Below, piece by piece: positions 43,031-58,234 of a stretch of 64,000 nucleotides of DNA. How positions within the stretch are numbered: position 1 is the first letter of the stretch; the number at the start of each line of letters is the position of its first letter. The notes beneath the pieces were generated by a model. It did no database searches, had not been told where the DNA came from, and saw only the letters and a list, made by a program, of their open reading frames with translations. This DNA is from Octopus vulgaris (lineage: Eukaryota). The position numbers were made by a program, and so were the translations under genes. The stretch spans positions 98,270,001 through 98,334,000 of the forward strand of contig OX597819.1 in the NCBI GenBank assembly GCA_951406725.2, given 5' to 3'.

Positions 43031-43276
43031 TAATAATAATAATCCTTTCTACTAGCAGCACAAGGCCTCAAATTTGTGGGGAGAGGTTAAATCGATTACA
43101 TCAACCCCAGTGCGTAACTGATATTTATTTAATCTACCCCGAAAGGATGAAAGGCAAAGTCGACCCCGGCGGAATTTGAACTCAGAACGTAGCGGCAGAC
43201 GAAATACCGCAAAGCATTTCGTCCGGGGTCCTAACGATTCTATCAGCTCACCACCTTAATAATAATAATGATGATG

Positions 43277-43333
<57 letters not shown>

Positions 43334-43348
43334 GTAATAGTAATAGTA

Positions 43349-43400
<52 letters not shown>

Positions 43401-45025
43401 GGAATCGCTACATGTCCCACCTGTATAAATCATAACATTTCTGTTGTGTTTCCTGATGGAATTCACTTGACTCATGTTGTTGCACAATGAACAGGGCTCA
43501 CCTCTCTGGCAGCTGTTTTTCAATTGATCAATTGATCTATTCAGTTATCCACTACAGTTATCCAAGTACACAGCCAACGAAAAGCACCAACTTCACTGCT
43601 GTCATTTAGCCGAAATTTTAAACTCTAATGTCAATAGAAGTATTACCTAGAAATTACCAATAGTATCTTCCTTGTTTTTCTTCACTAGCGTCACCACCCT
43701 GTGACAGAATTGAGAATTTTCCCACTCTTTTGTTAGTTTTGCTAGACGTCGGCCAAGACGTTGGCGAACATGCTTGGCATATAAACATAAATTTCTCTAG
43801 CAGACCCATCAACAATTTCTTCTTTGCACATCCATTTACCGCCAATCTGCTTTCAGCAGCTTTTACAGGATTTTCGCAGCACCTTGCAGCACTTTGCACC
43901 CCATTCCGAGAGTCGTTGCAGGCCGTCGAGGGAGTACAAAATCAGCTGCCGTCTCTGGTTCTTCGCTTCCTCAAACAAAGTTCCACTGGAGCAATGTACT
44001 GCCTGGAAACTACACATATCTTCTTGGAATCGAATAATACATGCCCGGTCTGGTACTTCGAAGACTGAATTGTAGCCATACTGTCATGCCGACCTTCTGC
44101 CATATGTGTTTGCTGAAGGGGGTTTCGTTCTCTCGTGCCTAAACGCACACGCCGTAGCTCTAGCACACAACCCGCAACCTCCATGCTTCTCGCTGAAGAA
44201 ATGGTCGCAGGGCATACTCGCTGCCAGTACGCCGTCGTTATGCTTTTGCTAACCGTCTCTGCAGATATGTTCACAAGTTTCCTCGCTAATCTATTTCTCT
44301 CTATCACTACATTCTTTCTTTCTATCTTTCTTTCTTTTTTTCTTTTTTGTTAAATCATACTGTTTCATGACTAATTGCCCACACTTGATTGTTGGTGATT
44401 GCTCTCTTCAAACATCAACAACCAGTTTATCTTATTCACTAACCCAGTCGCGGTACACTTTTTGTATTTATTTATCAGGAAGGATGCTTTCATCTTCCAA
44501 CTACTGAGTCTTTCTGTCAAGAAGGTCAACAATGCAAATCACAAATTTGTAGTCTGTAAAGCCGATCTCTTGAAATTCTGGCCACCCTAACCTAACTCTA
44601 TCCGCTGACCTAACAAACATCAATAAATGATTTGAATGGCTCAATGAAGTTTCTCCATGCCTAAACTAGTCCATTCTGCAAATCCAGCTGGTACCTATTA
44701 AAATGTTGAAACTCTCTGCGCAGATTTCCGAAGCATATATACTCCTTTCTTTTATTTGGTTAAAGCCACGCAGCCGTGGCGTGCCGCTAACATGCCTCTA
44801 CAGTTTTCCAATAGATACTAAAGACCTGAAGAAAATTCTAACTGGGCCCTACTTGCAAGATCATGCGCTGCTTATCTTGATATGAGATCACCATGTCGCG
44901 CACAAATGGTTGTGATGCATGTGCCTTGTGTACCCTTATCAAACGGGTAGTCATGATGGGTATATTGAGCTTCGTATATTTGTACCTCAGTGTCACTCTG
45001 ATGGCAAGCACTGCTCTGTCTCTCA

Positions 45026-45094
<69 letters not shown>

Positions 45095-46992
45095 TTAATA
45101 ATAATAATAACAATAATAACAACAATAATAATAACAACAATAATAATAGAAGAAGAAGAAGAAGAAGAAGAAGAAGAAGAAGAAGAAGAAGAAGAAGAAG
45201 AAGAAGAAGAAGAATGGGAGGAGGAGGAGGAGGAGGAGGAGGAGGACGACGACGACGACGACGACAAAGAGGACGAGGAGGAGGACGACGACGACGACAA
45301 CGGCGACTGGAAAAAATTTATAATAATGATTTCTAATAAAAGCCACGGGGCCAGAAATGTTGGGAATATATGTAGTTAACCACGTCCCAGATCGCAATGT
45401 TAATATATTAATTTATTACTGGTACTTAGGCAGTGAGGTGGCAGATTCGTTAGCATGCCGCACAAAATACTTCGCAGTATTTCTTCTGTTTTACATTCAG
45501 AGTACAAATTCTGCCGAGGTTGATATTGCCTTTCATCCTTTCGGGGTTGATAAAAGTAATACCAGTCCAACACTAGGGTGGATGTAATCGGCTAAGACCT
45601 TCCCTTGAAATTCCAGGACTTGTGCCTATAGCAGAAATACAAATATATTTTTCTCTATTCTAGTCACAAGGCCCGAAATTTGGGGGAAGGGGGCCAGTCG
45701 ATTTCATCGACCCCAATACACAGCTGGTACTTAATTTATCGACCCCGAAAGGATGACAGGCCAAGTCGATCTAGCCGGAATTTGAACTCAGAACGTAGCG
45801 GCAGACGAAATACCTATTTCTTTACTACCCACAAAGGGGCTCAACACAGAGGGGACAAACAAGGACAGACAAACGGATTAAGTCGATTATATCGACCTCA
45901 GTGCGTAACTCGTACATAATTTATCGACCCCGAAAGGATGAAAGGCAAAGTCGACCTCGGCGGAATTTGAACTCAGAAAGTAACGGCAGACGAAATACGG
46001 CTACGCATTTCGCCCGGCGTGCTAGCGTTTCTGCCAGCTCGCCGCCTTAGAAATATAAATATATTGCTGATACATCAGTTTATCGAAGGTGGAAGCATGA
46101 AAGGAAAATAGCAAAAAATTTGAACTGAGAGCGTAAAAGGCTGAAACCATCAAAATGACTCCGTTCGCTTATAGTAAAATGTACTCAAGGAGAATTGTTT
46201 AAAATTACATTGTCGTAGTAACATTATGTAGATCTGCATGTTTTATACGATGAGGTGGCGTACATTAATTACCCCTACATCCTTCTCTCCTGTTAAGAAG
46301 AACAGTATTTTCATCCTTATGCAATCTGCCTGACTTCCTCTCCCAACATTTGTGTTAAATAGCAGCGTTAGCGTACAACCACTTACGTAACAATGTGATA
46401 ATTGGTGTTTTGTTAAGGACTTAACAAACGAAGAAACTGATGCTAGGGGATCGGTGGATATGGATAAAATGGAGCAGGAGATAAAGTAGTTTTCCTCAAA
46501 AGTTAGATAGGGGCCATAAAGTCAAATAAAGAGTTACTGGAACACGGTTTGCAATGGTGGTGGGGAGAGCGGACCTACGGGAGCAACATAAATGATTTTA
46601 ATATGGAATAAGCTGCAACTTAAGCGAAACATGGCTACTGTGAGGGCTGTGTATATCGTGGGAGGTTTGTAAGTAAAATATAGGCAGCTGATGGTAGCGA
46701 CTGCTTGGAATCAAGGCTTGCAGATTATATGCCATTCTTAAGTGGACAGTGGAGAGTTAATGTCAGCACCTGTAGAAGTCTATTGTATGACTGGCTAGAG
46801 GCACGATCCGGCAGTCAGCCGAGACAATAACTAGCCTCTGGAGATGGTTTTACAATAACTCAGATTGAGTAACTAACAAATTGGGGAGTAATTATGTACA
46901 TAAAGACGAGAAAGGAACAGCTCACGCACGCACGCACACACGCACACACACCTCGATGAATATACATAGATATACATATGTATGTATGTATG

Positions 46993-47026
<34 letters not shown>

Positions 47027-47032
47027 TGTATG

Positions 47033-47066
<34 letters not shown>

Positions 47067-47511
47067 TGTATGTATGTGTGTGCGTGTGTAAACCAACACA
47101 CACACATAAACATATGCATACATACATACATACAAGACCGTACATACGCACATACACAATACAGCCATCATTATTGCTATACACGTCCATAGATATCTTG
47201 GCAAACCGACCAAAGTAACATCTTTCTTCCACATCATCATCGTCATCATCATCATCATCATCATCATCATCGTCGTCATCATCATCATCATCATCATCAT
47301 CACCATCATCATCATCGTCTATTCTTTTCACAAACGCAAATATTACATATTTCTACTTTCATGTGCGTACGCGTATATGTGTGTGTAATATAATTTTATA
47401 ATGTAATATAATATAATATTAATATAATATAATATAAAATAATATAATATAATATAATATAATATAATATAATATAATATAATATAATATAATATAATAT
47501 ATATATATATA

Positions 47512-48790
47512 TATCTATACAATATGTTACATTACTCGGTAGTCAAGATAAAACTCTGAGTTTCAGATGCCGAAGTGGAAATCCACAACACCATCTCTTC
47601 GGTTATCTGGCTATTTGAAAACGTTATGAAAAAATACCGTTAAAAATGAAGGGAAATTACTCTGTTATAACTCTGCTTTGCCTGCGTACTTATACATCGC
47701 TCGCATTTTTCGTCATAAAAATTATATAAAAATACATAAAAATATATAAAAATATATAAAAATATATAAAATCTTCTTGGGACATAACACAGAAAGCATG
47801 TTCTATCCGTTTTCTTTAGGGGACCAAAAACGTAACAGAAATTTAGTCACATGTGGGCATGATCCGAAAAGCTCTGTCCTTGTATTTAGACATGTGGTAG
47901 GGTCTAAGCTGCTTTTCCAGATAAGCCATCTCTCCATGTCGCATAAACCGCACCTTCCGCTGCCGTTAGTATAGGGCTTACATCTGGCCAAAATCTTCCA
48001 TTGTATGTTATAATCGACACCTTTATCTCTTAAAGACCAAATATGATTGGATAATTGTGTCGCTTTTCTTTTGTTCCAGTGCCTAAAGCTCAAAGTGTGG
48101 TTATTGAACCTGGCCTTGAAATTACCCTCTGTCAGGCCCACGTATTTCTTCGTCGAAACGGTGTCTTTAGTGGTTAGAGAGTTTACGGTAGCTTCATATA
48201 TGATGGTCTTGGACGTGTCGATTATAACATACAATGGAAGATTTTGGCCAGATGTAAGCCCTATACTAACGGCAGCGGAAGGTGCGGTTTATGCGACATG
48301 GAGAGATGGCTTATCTGGAAAAGCAGCTTAGACCCTACCACATGTCTAAATACAAGGACAGAGCTTTTCGGATCATGCCCACATGTGACTAAATTTCTGT
48401 TACGTTTTTGGTCCCCTAAAGAAAACGGATAGAACATGCTTTCTGTGTTATGTCCCAAGAAGATTTTATATATTTTTATATATTTTTATATATTTTTATG
48501 TATTTTTATATAATTTTTATGACGAAAAATGCGAGCGATGTATAAGTACGCAGGCAAAGCAGAGTTATAACAGAGTAATTTCCCTTCATTTTTAACGGTA
48601 TTTTTTCATAACGTTTTCAAATAGCCAGATAACCGAAGAGATGGTGTTGTGGATTTCCACTTCGGCATCTGAAACTCAGAGTTTTATCTTGACTACCGAG
48701 TAATGTAACATATTGTATAGATAAATTTCCTCTATTTACATAATATTGAGGTCTCTTTCTTTCTTTTGTTATCTTACCGTTTTATCAATA
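47512..48790. mobile_element. Penelope-like element 3' fragment (GIY-YIG endonuclease + 3' UTR) with inverted duplication
   Basis: Minus ORF 47803-48234 reads IIYEATV...KKYVGLTEGNFKARFNNHTLSFR...TQLSNHIW...WKIL...CGLC..E..LI...LN.R.E...C.H, a Neptune-type PLE endonuclease. 509-bp inverted arms at 47512-48020 and 48215-48723, flanked by TA-rich microsatellites. Confidence 0.9.
48627..48689 (+). ncRNA. Hammerhead-like motif in PLE 3' UTR (twin at 47546-47608, minus strand)
   Basis: agataa-CCGAAGA-gatg[gtgttgtggatttccacttcgg]catc-t-GAAA-ctcagag-TT-ttatct. It has a U4C change and one extra nucleotide before GAAA. Confidence 0.55.
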
Positions 48791-48792
48791 TA

Positions 48793-48915
<123 letters not shown>

Positions 48916-49376
48916 GCATGCATAAACGGGCACCAACATACTGACATAAATATACACATATATATACACAAAATGTCTTTCACCAAGTTTACATTTAAAT
49001 CTAGTAAGAAAATGTCAGAGGGATTTAATACAAGTGTACTCTTTATCACCGTGGGGCATGGAATACACACACTACTTTATAAACTATCTCACCAAGTCAC
49101 GTAAACAGCGACTGTCGGAGTTCGCTCCGTACCACCTTCCTGAAGCGATGTTCGCAAGATAAACTTAGTCCTGAGGGGGTGTTATGTTAGTCGCGTGCTA
49201 CGTGGTGGGGGAGGAGATGATGGTAGAGGAGGTAGATGGGGAGGCTTAGGTCTTTAAATGAAGAAGATGGTGAGAAAGTGGGCAAAGAGTAGAAAATGAT
49301 GGGAGGGAAGAAGATGAGATGAAGAAATGCTAGTGAAATAAAAATGATGTGGAGGCAGAGAAAATGTTAGACAGGC

Positions 49377-49443
<67 letters not shown>

Positions 49444-49883
49444 ATGTGGGAGATGGAAAGGGATATAGATGTAGGTAAAGAAAAGTGGGAACAGATATAT
49501 GCAGAGACAGAGAGAAGGAGGTGAACAGACAACTTCTAAAGAAAAGGGATAGAAAACGGAGAAAAGGCGGGAAATTTAGTCGCGTTTGTATGTTTATGTC
49601 TATAGGGATACGGGTGTTTATGCAAACATTTGAGTAAGTTATTTTCTTTATGTCTAAATGTATGTTATGTGTATTCTATAGTGTGGTCGTGTGTAGATGT
49701 TAGTGTGCAATTTTTCTAACGTGTGTATAATTATTGATATTTATGTCAGTAAGTGTATTTATGCGTATTTGTGCATGTGTATATGTGTGAATTTGTATGA
49801 ATGCCTGTGTGTTTTTTTTTGTGTTTTTTTGTGTTTAATTTCAAATGTGTGTATGTCTATAGTATATGTGTACATATGTGTGT

Positions 49884-49923
<40 letters not shown>

Positions 49924-50199
49924 TCTTGAGGGCGTGTGGGGAGGTGAAATAAAGAGAAGGAGCGTGTGTATTTAATGAGTGTTACATCGAACTGCAGCAA
50001 ACTTCAACGAAGGGCAGTGGTGGTGGTCGTGGTTGTGTGGGTCGTGTTTAGCAAGTGGCTGCTGAAAGATGGTGGGGATAGAATTTGGTAGCGGAGTAGT
50101 CAGTCAATAAAGCGTCCTATAGGGAGTAGTAGAAGTAGTGAACTGGAGAAGGAGGAGGAGGAGGAGGTTATGCCGTGGTAGTATACACTGCAACAGAGG

Positions 50200-50374
50200 C
50201 GACACGTGTTCCACTTGCATACGAGGATGTACTTGGTGCCCAGACACACACACACACACTAACACACACCAACACAACTACCACTCACTCCACCTCACCA
50301 ACCTTGAGTCGTCTTTAATTTTCAAGTGTACAACAACAACAACAACAACGAGAGAAATACAGCATCACCACACA

Positions 50375-50415
<41 letters not shown>

Positions 50416-50650
50416 GCAGAGGCGGCACGTCTACGAAAACGTCATGCCACCAGCGTACACACGGCTCCTCATACAGTCGCACAGTTCTTCTGTGACGAAG
50501 ACAGGCCCCTCTCACACGTGCACACGTGAGTGTCTTAAGAAACATATGTAGACACCTGCATGTCTCCTGCGCCCTCCTTAACAGTTCGCGATGTGCCAGT
50601 CACGTGACGTCTTGTCTAACGAGCTCCAACGCGAAACCGCTTCCCACACT
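50200..50650. promoter_or_regulatory. Candidate enhancer: E-box and Su(H) cluster
   Basis: CACGTG at 50203, 50515, 50523 and 50601, CACCTGC at 50553, and TTCCCACA at 50641, in CpG-retaining non-TE sequence 2.5 kb before the bHLH exon. Confidence 0.45.
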
Positions 50651-50957
50651 CCGATGTTGAAAAGTGGTGATGAACATACTTACAACGTTCTGAATAATAA
50701 TACTAATTCTTTCAAATTTTGGCACAAGGCCAGCAGTTTTGAAAGGAGGGTGTCAGTTGGTAGAATTTCCCCCACTACTTGACTGGTATTTATTTTATCG
50801 ACCCCAGAAGGATGAAAGACAAATTCGACCTTTGCGAGCTCGCTACTCCCTACACTAATAATAACCCTGTCTACTATAAGCACGAGGCCCGGAAATACGA
50901 GGAGGGGTTTAGTAGATTACATCAGCCCCAGTATTTCACTGGCACTTCATATGCCAA

Positions 50958-51382
50958 TACAACACACAGATAGAGAAATTAAGGAAAATAGGTCGGATAT
51001 AGTTGTCATGGATCACCAAGAAAAAAATGCTTTGTAACCGATGTACTAGTATCAACATATGACAATGTTTCTCTAAAAGAAATGGAGAAACTTTCAAAAT
51101 ACAAAGATCTTAAAATAGAGGTAATTCGAATATGGAACCTAAAATCAGAAACAATTCTTATCATAGTAGGCGCATTAGGTATGATGAAAAAACATTCAGA
51201 AAAATACATAACAAAAACACCAGGACTTACAAGTATATATAACATACTGAAAATAGCACTACTAGGCACCGCACACATCTTACGTAAAACACTTTCAATA
51301 CAGTGAAAGTAGAAGCACCACAGCACATACCCAAGGCACACAGAGCTGCGCTCGGTAGTGCAGTGAAAGTACGTGTTAAAAA
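50958..51382 (+). mobile_element. RLE-type LINE 3' end (shorter copy at ~27025-27165)
   Basis: DREIKENRSDIVV...KEMEKLSKYKDLKIEVIRIWNLKSETILIIVGALG...KIALLGTAHILRKTL, followed by a short 3' UTR and a TAA-like tail. Confidence 0.85.
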
Positions 51383-51630
51383 TCATACTACTGAATGATA
51401 ATAATAATAATCCTTTCTACTACCGGTACAAGGCCCGAAATTGTGGGGGAAGGGACTAGTCGATTACATCGATCCCAATGTTTTAACGGATACTTAATTT
51501 ATCGACCTCGAAAGAATGAAAGGCAAAATCGATCCTGTCGGAATTTGAACTCAGAACGTAAACACGGACGAAATGCCGCTAAGTTTTTTTTCCCGGCGTG
51601 CTAACGATTCTGCCAGCTCCCCGCCTTTAC

Positions 51631-51701
<71 letters not shown>

Positions 51702-52458
51702 CTTAATAATAATAATAATTTCAGATTATGGTACAAGGTCAGCATTTTCGAGGAAGTGGATCGGTCGACTATATCGATCTCAATATTTAAACTGGCACTT
51801 ATTTTATCGACCCCGAAAGGATAGAAGGCAAAATCGATCATGTCGGCATTTGAACTCAGAACGTTAAGATGAAATGCCAAGACGCATTTTGTCTGATGTA
51901 TTAACTATCCTCCAAGCTCACCACCTTAATAAGAGCGCCGGGCAAAAATGTCTGACTGTTTCTTCCAGCTTAAATCCTGTCGAAGTTGACTTTGCTTTCA
52001 TTCTTTCGAAGTCGACAAAATAAAATATCAATGAAGTTTTGGAGTCGAAATAATCGCTAAACCTTTCTTGAAAAATTTTTGGGCCATGCAACTGTATGAG
52101 GAACCAGTATTTCATGTATTTACCTCGAAGGTGACGAATGAAAGGAACATTGCAAAAAGGATGTGAATTTACGAGAATCGATTATGAAAATAAACACACA
52201 GGCATGGAAAACATGAGTATATAAGAGGCAATGCTTGACAACATTCCAGATACAAAGCGCCCGTGTTGGCCCTTGATTGATCCAAGACTGAATTTCCATC
52301 AAAGAGCAGAGTTGCGCGAAAACGTTTCATACAAACAGTAACCGCACCCTCTTACCATCTAAGAATATCTACAGACACTGGAGATTTAGAGTACATCTGA
52401 GGTATATTAGGCACGGCCTCTTACAAAAATAGAAAAGACAGACACCATACAGTCAATA

Positions 52459-52720
52459 TCTATTATATAAAATCCGTTCTGTCTGTGTGTGTGTCTTCTA
52501 GGATCTCGGGCATCCTCCATCCGATTGCGCTCAAATTTGATATGTAGGTACCGACGGTATCAGGGCGTGTATAAGTCTTGAAAAAATTACAAAAATCGAT
52601 TCCAGGTGAGAATGCAATCGATAAAGCCGTGGGAACGTGCATTTGTACGCGCAAGTACATCAGCTGTTGCGATCGATACTACGCATACGCGAGAAAAATG
52701 CACGGTGTCTCAAATTTATG
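52459..52720 (+). mobile_element. Helitron-like 5' end
   Basis: a|TCtattatataaaa...ctgtctgtgtgt...ccgattgcgctcaaattt. The 3' end was not located. Confidence 0.5.
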
Positions 52721-53135
52721 TTAAATCAGTGTTTCTCAAAGGAGAGGCCTATGGGACGGTCGGACAAGTTGTTTTGAGAAAATTTGGTTTAAATGTTTGA
52801 CAACTCAGCACCGCCCATTATGCGGGAGGGAGGCATTTTGCTCGTATTCAATATGTTTAGTCGATTGCTATGAATTTCCGATCGATACAGTTATTGATAA
52901 TGTCATTGTTGTCCATATCGGTTATAGCCATCACAATCCTTTTCTTTCGTGCTTATCATATCTATGACTATATTATCCAAATTTTCTTTTACATTATAGT
53001 GAGTGATTTAAGAAAAATTAGGCTGTTATATCAATCTGATCGAGTGATCGAATAAAGGCTGCCTTGTTGATGTTGTTGACATTATAGTTGTATTTTGCCT
53101 TTTGTTTACATTTTATGATACTTTATTATTTTCAG

Positions 53136-53237
53136 GATCAAACTTCCCATAAGGTGATTGAAAAAAGACGACGTGATCGGATTAACAATTGCTTGGCTGA
53201 ACTTAGTCAAACAGTTCCGGCAGCTTTTGCCAAACAG
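53136..53237 (+). CDS. HELT: HELT/Heslike bHLH transcription factor, basic region + helix 1 exon (DQTSHKVIEKRRRDRINNCLAELSQTVPAAFAKQ)
   Basis: Polypyrimidine tract + ttcAG acceptor (53134-35), 102-nt phase-0 open exon, CAG|GTCAGT donor. The peptide SHKVIEKRRRDRIN.CL.EL..TVP.A.AKQ matches HELT as recalled better than Hey, Hes or cwo. It is absent from the ORF track. Confidence 0.9.
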
Positions 53238-53335
53238 GTCAGTCTCCACACCAATTAGATATCTAACAGCTATCAACTACTTCTATATTACTGTCCTTCA
53301 CAAGTAGGTTGATGCGCTGCAGATTTTGATTCTTA

Positions 53336-53413
<78 letters not shown>

Positions 53414-54362
53414 ATATATATATATATATATATATACGTGCGTGTGTGTGTGGAGAATCTGAAGATTCCACTAAAGTGGATGCAAGCGCTAATATATGAT
53501 TTATAAAAACATGTGACATATTAAGAAAAATCTGTAAATATAAAACCATCCAGATTTCTGAGTACCTTATATATATATAGAACGTATGTATATATATACT
53601 TACATTTATACATAAACATATATACATATGCATATATACATATCTATACTTACACATATATAAATATACATATAAATACACTCACACAAATATATTTGTA
53701 AAATGCAATTAAAATTTAAGCTGTATGACATATAACCAGTATTTAGAAGTCTATGTGCATCATTATACATCGAAAGATAAAACTAATAAAAGAACTCGTG
53801 TAATATATTCCCAGTTTCCTTTCATTACTCTTTACAGTTAGAAAGAAGAGACAGAATTCATATCGAAAAAAAAAACTGAAATGTCAGTTCATAAATTAAC
53901 TAAATTATTAAACGTTTATTAAACGTCTTATTAAACGTTTCATAAACAATAATATTTGTTATGTAGGAAAACGTTTTATAAATAAATTACCTTATCAATT
54001 TTTCACAGATTGCATAACAAACGTAAATAACTATTAAGATTTATACTGGCCATCATACAGTGTTATACTGTTAGACAGGGTATGTTATGTGCGTTGGCAC
54101 CATAACACTGTCCCATGTCTGTCATAAATCGTAAGTTATTTTTTATGCAAATTCTGAAGAATCCAAAATGTAATCTGTTCATAAGGTTTTCCCTATATAT
54201 TGTTCAGTAAATACGTGTAAGATGACATAATTTAATAATTTATGAACCGACACTCTACTTTTGTTTTTCTACAGACGTACGCGCAAACACACACGCGCAC
54301 GCACACATACACACAGATAGATAGATACGCATATGTACAAGTATATAAATGTATATATATTT

Positions 54363-54396
<34 letters not shown>

Positions 54397-54431
54397 ATAT
54401 ATATATATGCATATATATATATATATATATT

Positions 54432-54469
<38 letters not shown>

Positions 54470-55391
54470 GCATATATATATATAGCTTTGATGGCATGGG
54501 GCACCGCCATATACAGCAGGGATCACCATATATATATACGCCCGGTCTGAGAATATATATATATATATGCGCCTCTATATATATATATATATATATATCA
54601 TATATATATATATATATGTGTATGTGTGTATTCGCATGTATATGTACTTATATATATATATGTATGTATGTATTACGTGTGCGTGTGCATATGTTTGTGT
54701 GTCTGTGTTTGTGCCACCCCCCAACATCGCTTGACAACTGATGTAGGTGTGTTTACGTCCTCGTAACTTAGCGGTTCGACAAAAGAGAGACCGATAAAAT
54801 AAGTACTAAGCTTACAAAGAATAAGTCCTGGGGTCGATTTGCTCGACTAAAGGTGGTGCTCCAGCATGGCCGCAGTCAAATGACTGAAACAAGTAAAAGA
54901 GTTAAAGAGATACATAAATTCGATTGGTTCGCGTTTTAGCCACTGCCGTGTAATGTGTTTAATTTGTTCATTGAACACCGTCGCGAATTCCCCCTTGTTT
55001 TTGAAAAATCTTCCCTAACTCACAAAATAAGGGGTTCGGGGTAATGTGCCCTATTTTTCAAATCCTGGCAGCAACACTGAAGCTGAAAGCAGGATAATAA
55101 TCTAATTCTACATTTTATCAGATTCAAGAGCGTTTTTAAGCACAACACCTGCGGAGTCAAAAAGAAACACTACCTTTCACCCGGCACTGTGGTTCACGTC
55201 GTGCACTCTTAGTTGTGTGAAGCTTCTTATCATGGATATGTGAGATTGCGCATAACAGCCAAACACAGAGTCACTGGAATTGTGAAGTGCACAGTTCTAT
55301 ACAAGGATTTTTGTATTTTTTTTATAAAAAGGGATTGGCTACTGACATTAAGCTTAAGGGTTATTTAATGTACAAGTATAAAGAAAGAATT

Positions 55392-56370
<979 letters not shown>

Positions 56371-56429
56371 GTATGTATACTATTTATACTACTATTTAAT
56401 TGAACGCCACGCATCCATTTCCAAGTAAG

Positions 56430-57050
56430 TTTATCTCAACCTTTTTGATGTGACTCTACTCTATACTGTTTTCTCTACCATCCTTCTCTAATGCTCTTTT
56501 TCTCCCTTTCACCGTTTTATATCTGTCTGTCTGTCTGTCTGTCTCCCTCTCTCTCCTTCTTATTCTTTTTCTCTCTCTCTCTCTCGTTGCTCACACGTGA
56601 CCATCGTCCATCTTTCTTTTCCTGCACAGTCGTTCTAAGGACTGGACATCTCCTATCTCTCCTTTCTATCTTTTCTCTTTTCAAAGAAAATATTTCTCTC
56701 AGCGTTCACTATTTTCCCTTTGTTCTGATCTAACGACCCTCCATGTCTGTTTTCGTTCGGTTTCCTTGTATGTCTCCACTGTCCTGTTTTTGTTATCAAC
56801 TTTGACGCTCTATAAATCCAAAATTTTATTTTGGTATTTATGGTAGCAACTGTCTTTGAAGACTCATGTTGTCGTTGATTGCTCGAAATGGGGAGTAGAT
56901 AGATAGCCGACTACTGATGAAGTGTCGTTCTTTGCATTCTTTGTATTACTTGTCCTGTTTTTCATTTTTTGCTCTCGTTATTTGCGTATTTAACTCATTT
57001 GTTTTCATATTTGATGTTGTTTACTGTTGGTGACGTCCTGTACCCATATA

Positions 57051-57056
<6 letters not shown>
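56430..57056 (+). mobile_element. Non-coding PLE-like terminal repeat family (also 15115-15600 and 36365-36520, minus strand)
   Basis: Shared cacgtgaccatcgtccatc...gctcgaaatg...ctgatgaag...tcctgtacccatatatgc ending in (TA)n. One copy directly abuts the PLE relic at 13875-15090. Confidence 0.6.
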
Positions 57057-57120
<64 letters not shown>

Positions 57121-57328
57121 TATATGTATATGTATATAAGCATGCATATATGTATCTATATTATTATAAATATTAATTTTTTAAATATCGGTTAAGGTAC
57201 CTCTTAGTGACAGAAAAAAAGTAAACAGTTCCTCCTATAGGAAGTGGACTACATTTCCGTGATATATTAGAACGACTGCAATAATCTTCACGCTGTCAAC
57301 TCTACACATACACACACACACACACACA

Positions 57329-57386
<58 letters not shown>

Positions 57387-57427
57387 TACTTCCATCCACC
57401 TATACATAGATGTATTTCCTTAAATTC

Positions 57428-57464
<37 letters not shown>

Positions 57465-58234
57465 TGTGCATGTATGTATATATGAATGTATGTAGGTATA
57501 TATGTATGTATGTATGCATGTATGTATGTATGTATGAATTATCAAATTCGACTTGTCAGCAACATTGAGTGAAACACATAAACACACAGACACATATACA
57601 CACACGCACACATACACACATACACACGCACATACGCACGCATGTATATTACATGCCAAAGAGAGAACCACGAACAAACGATGAAACCTCTATCTACAAA
57701 AGAAGCAATCAATTGTCCCTCATATCACACCCTACAGGCTTAAAAAAGGAAGTACTCATTTAATCAGTTGTTTTAAATGTACTATTTTTAAGAGGAAATA
57801 CGGGGTGGTCACGCCTAGAACAACTTAGGGTATATTAGTTTGCTGAATATTCGCTGATGTGGGATTAATGATCAACAATTCACACACACATGCACACACA
57901 CACACGCACGCACACACGCACGCACACACGCACACGCACACGCACACACACACACACACACTCTCTCTCTCTCTTTCTCTCTTTCTCACACAAACATTCA
58001 TACCCATATAAAACTAACTCTTTTGAGAGGAAAAACTGATGTGATGGTTCAGATTTGCCTATTAATAACTCTAGATTGTATTTCTTACTAATAACTCTAG
58101 ATTGTGTAAAAATACTACATGAGAATGAATAATAGCCGTCCGAAACGTCACGATACAGCTTTTATAAAATACCTGTCAACAAAACTGTACCAATATTGGA
58201 CTACTTATTTCCTTTTTCCTTGCTTTTATTTCAG

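Noticed and set aside
46630-46675. ATG...GTAAG as HELT exon 1
   Set aside because: The donor is in phase 2, incompatible with the phase-0 acceptor at 53136, and the peptide is not HELT-like.
56850-56935. ctgtct-TTGAAGA...GAAA...agatag hammerhead-like fold
   Set aside because: Stems II and III do not pair.
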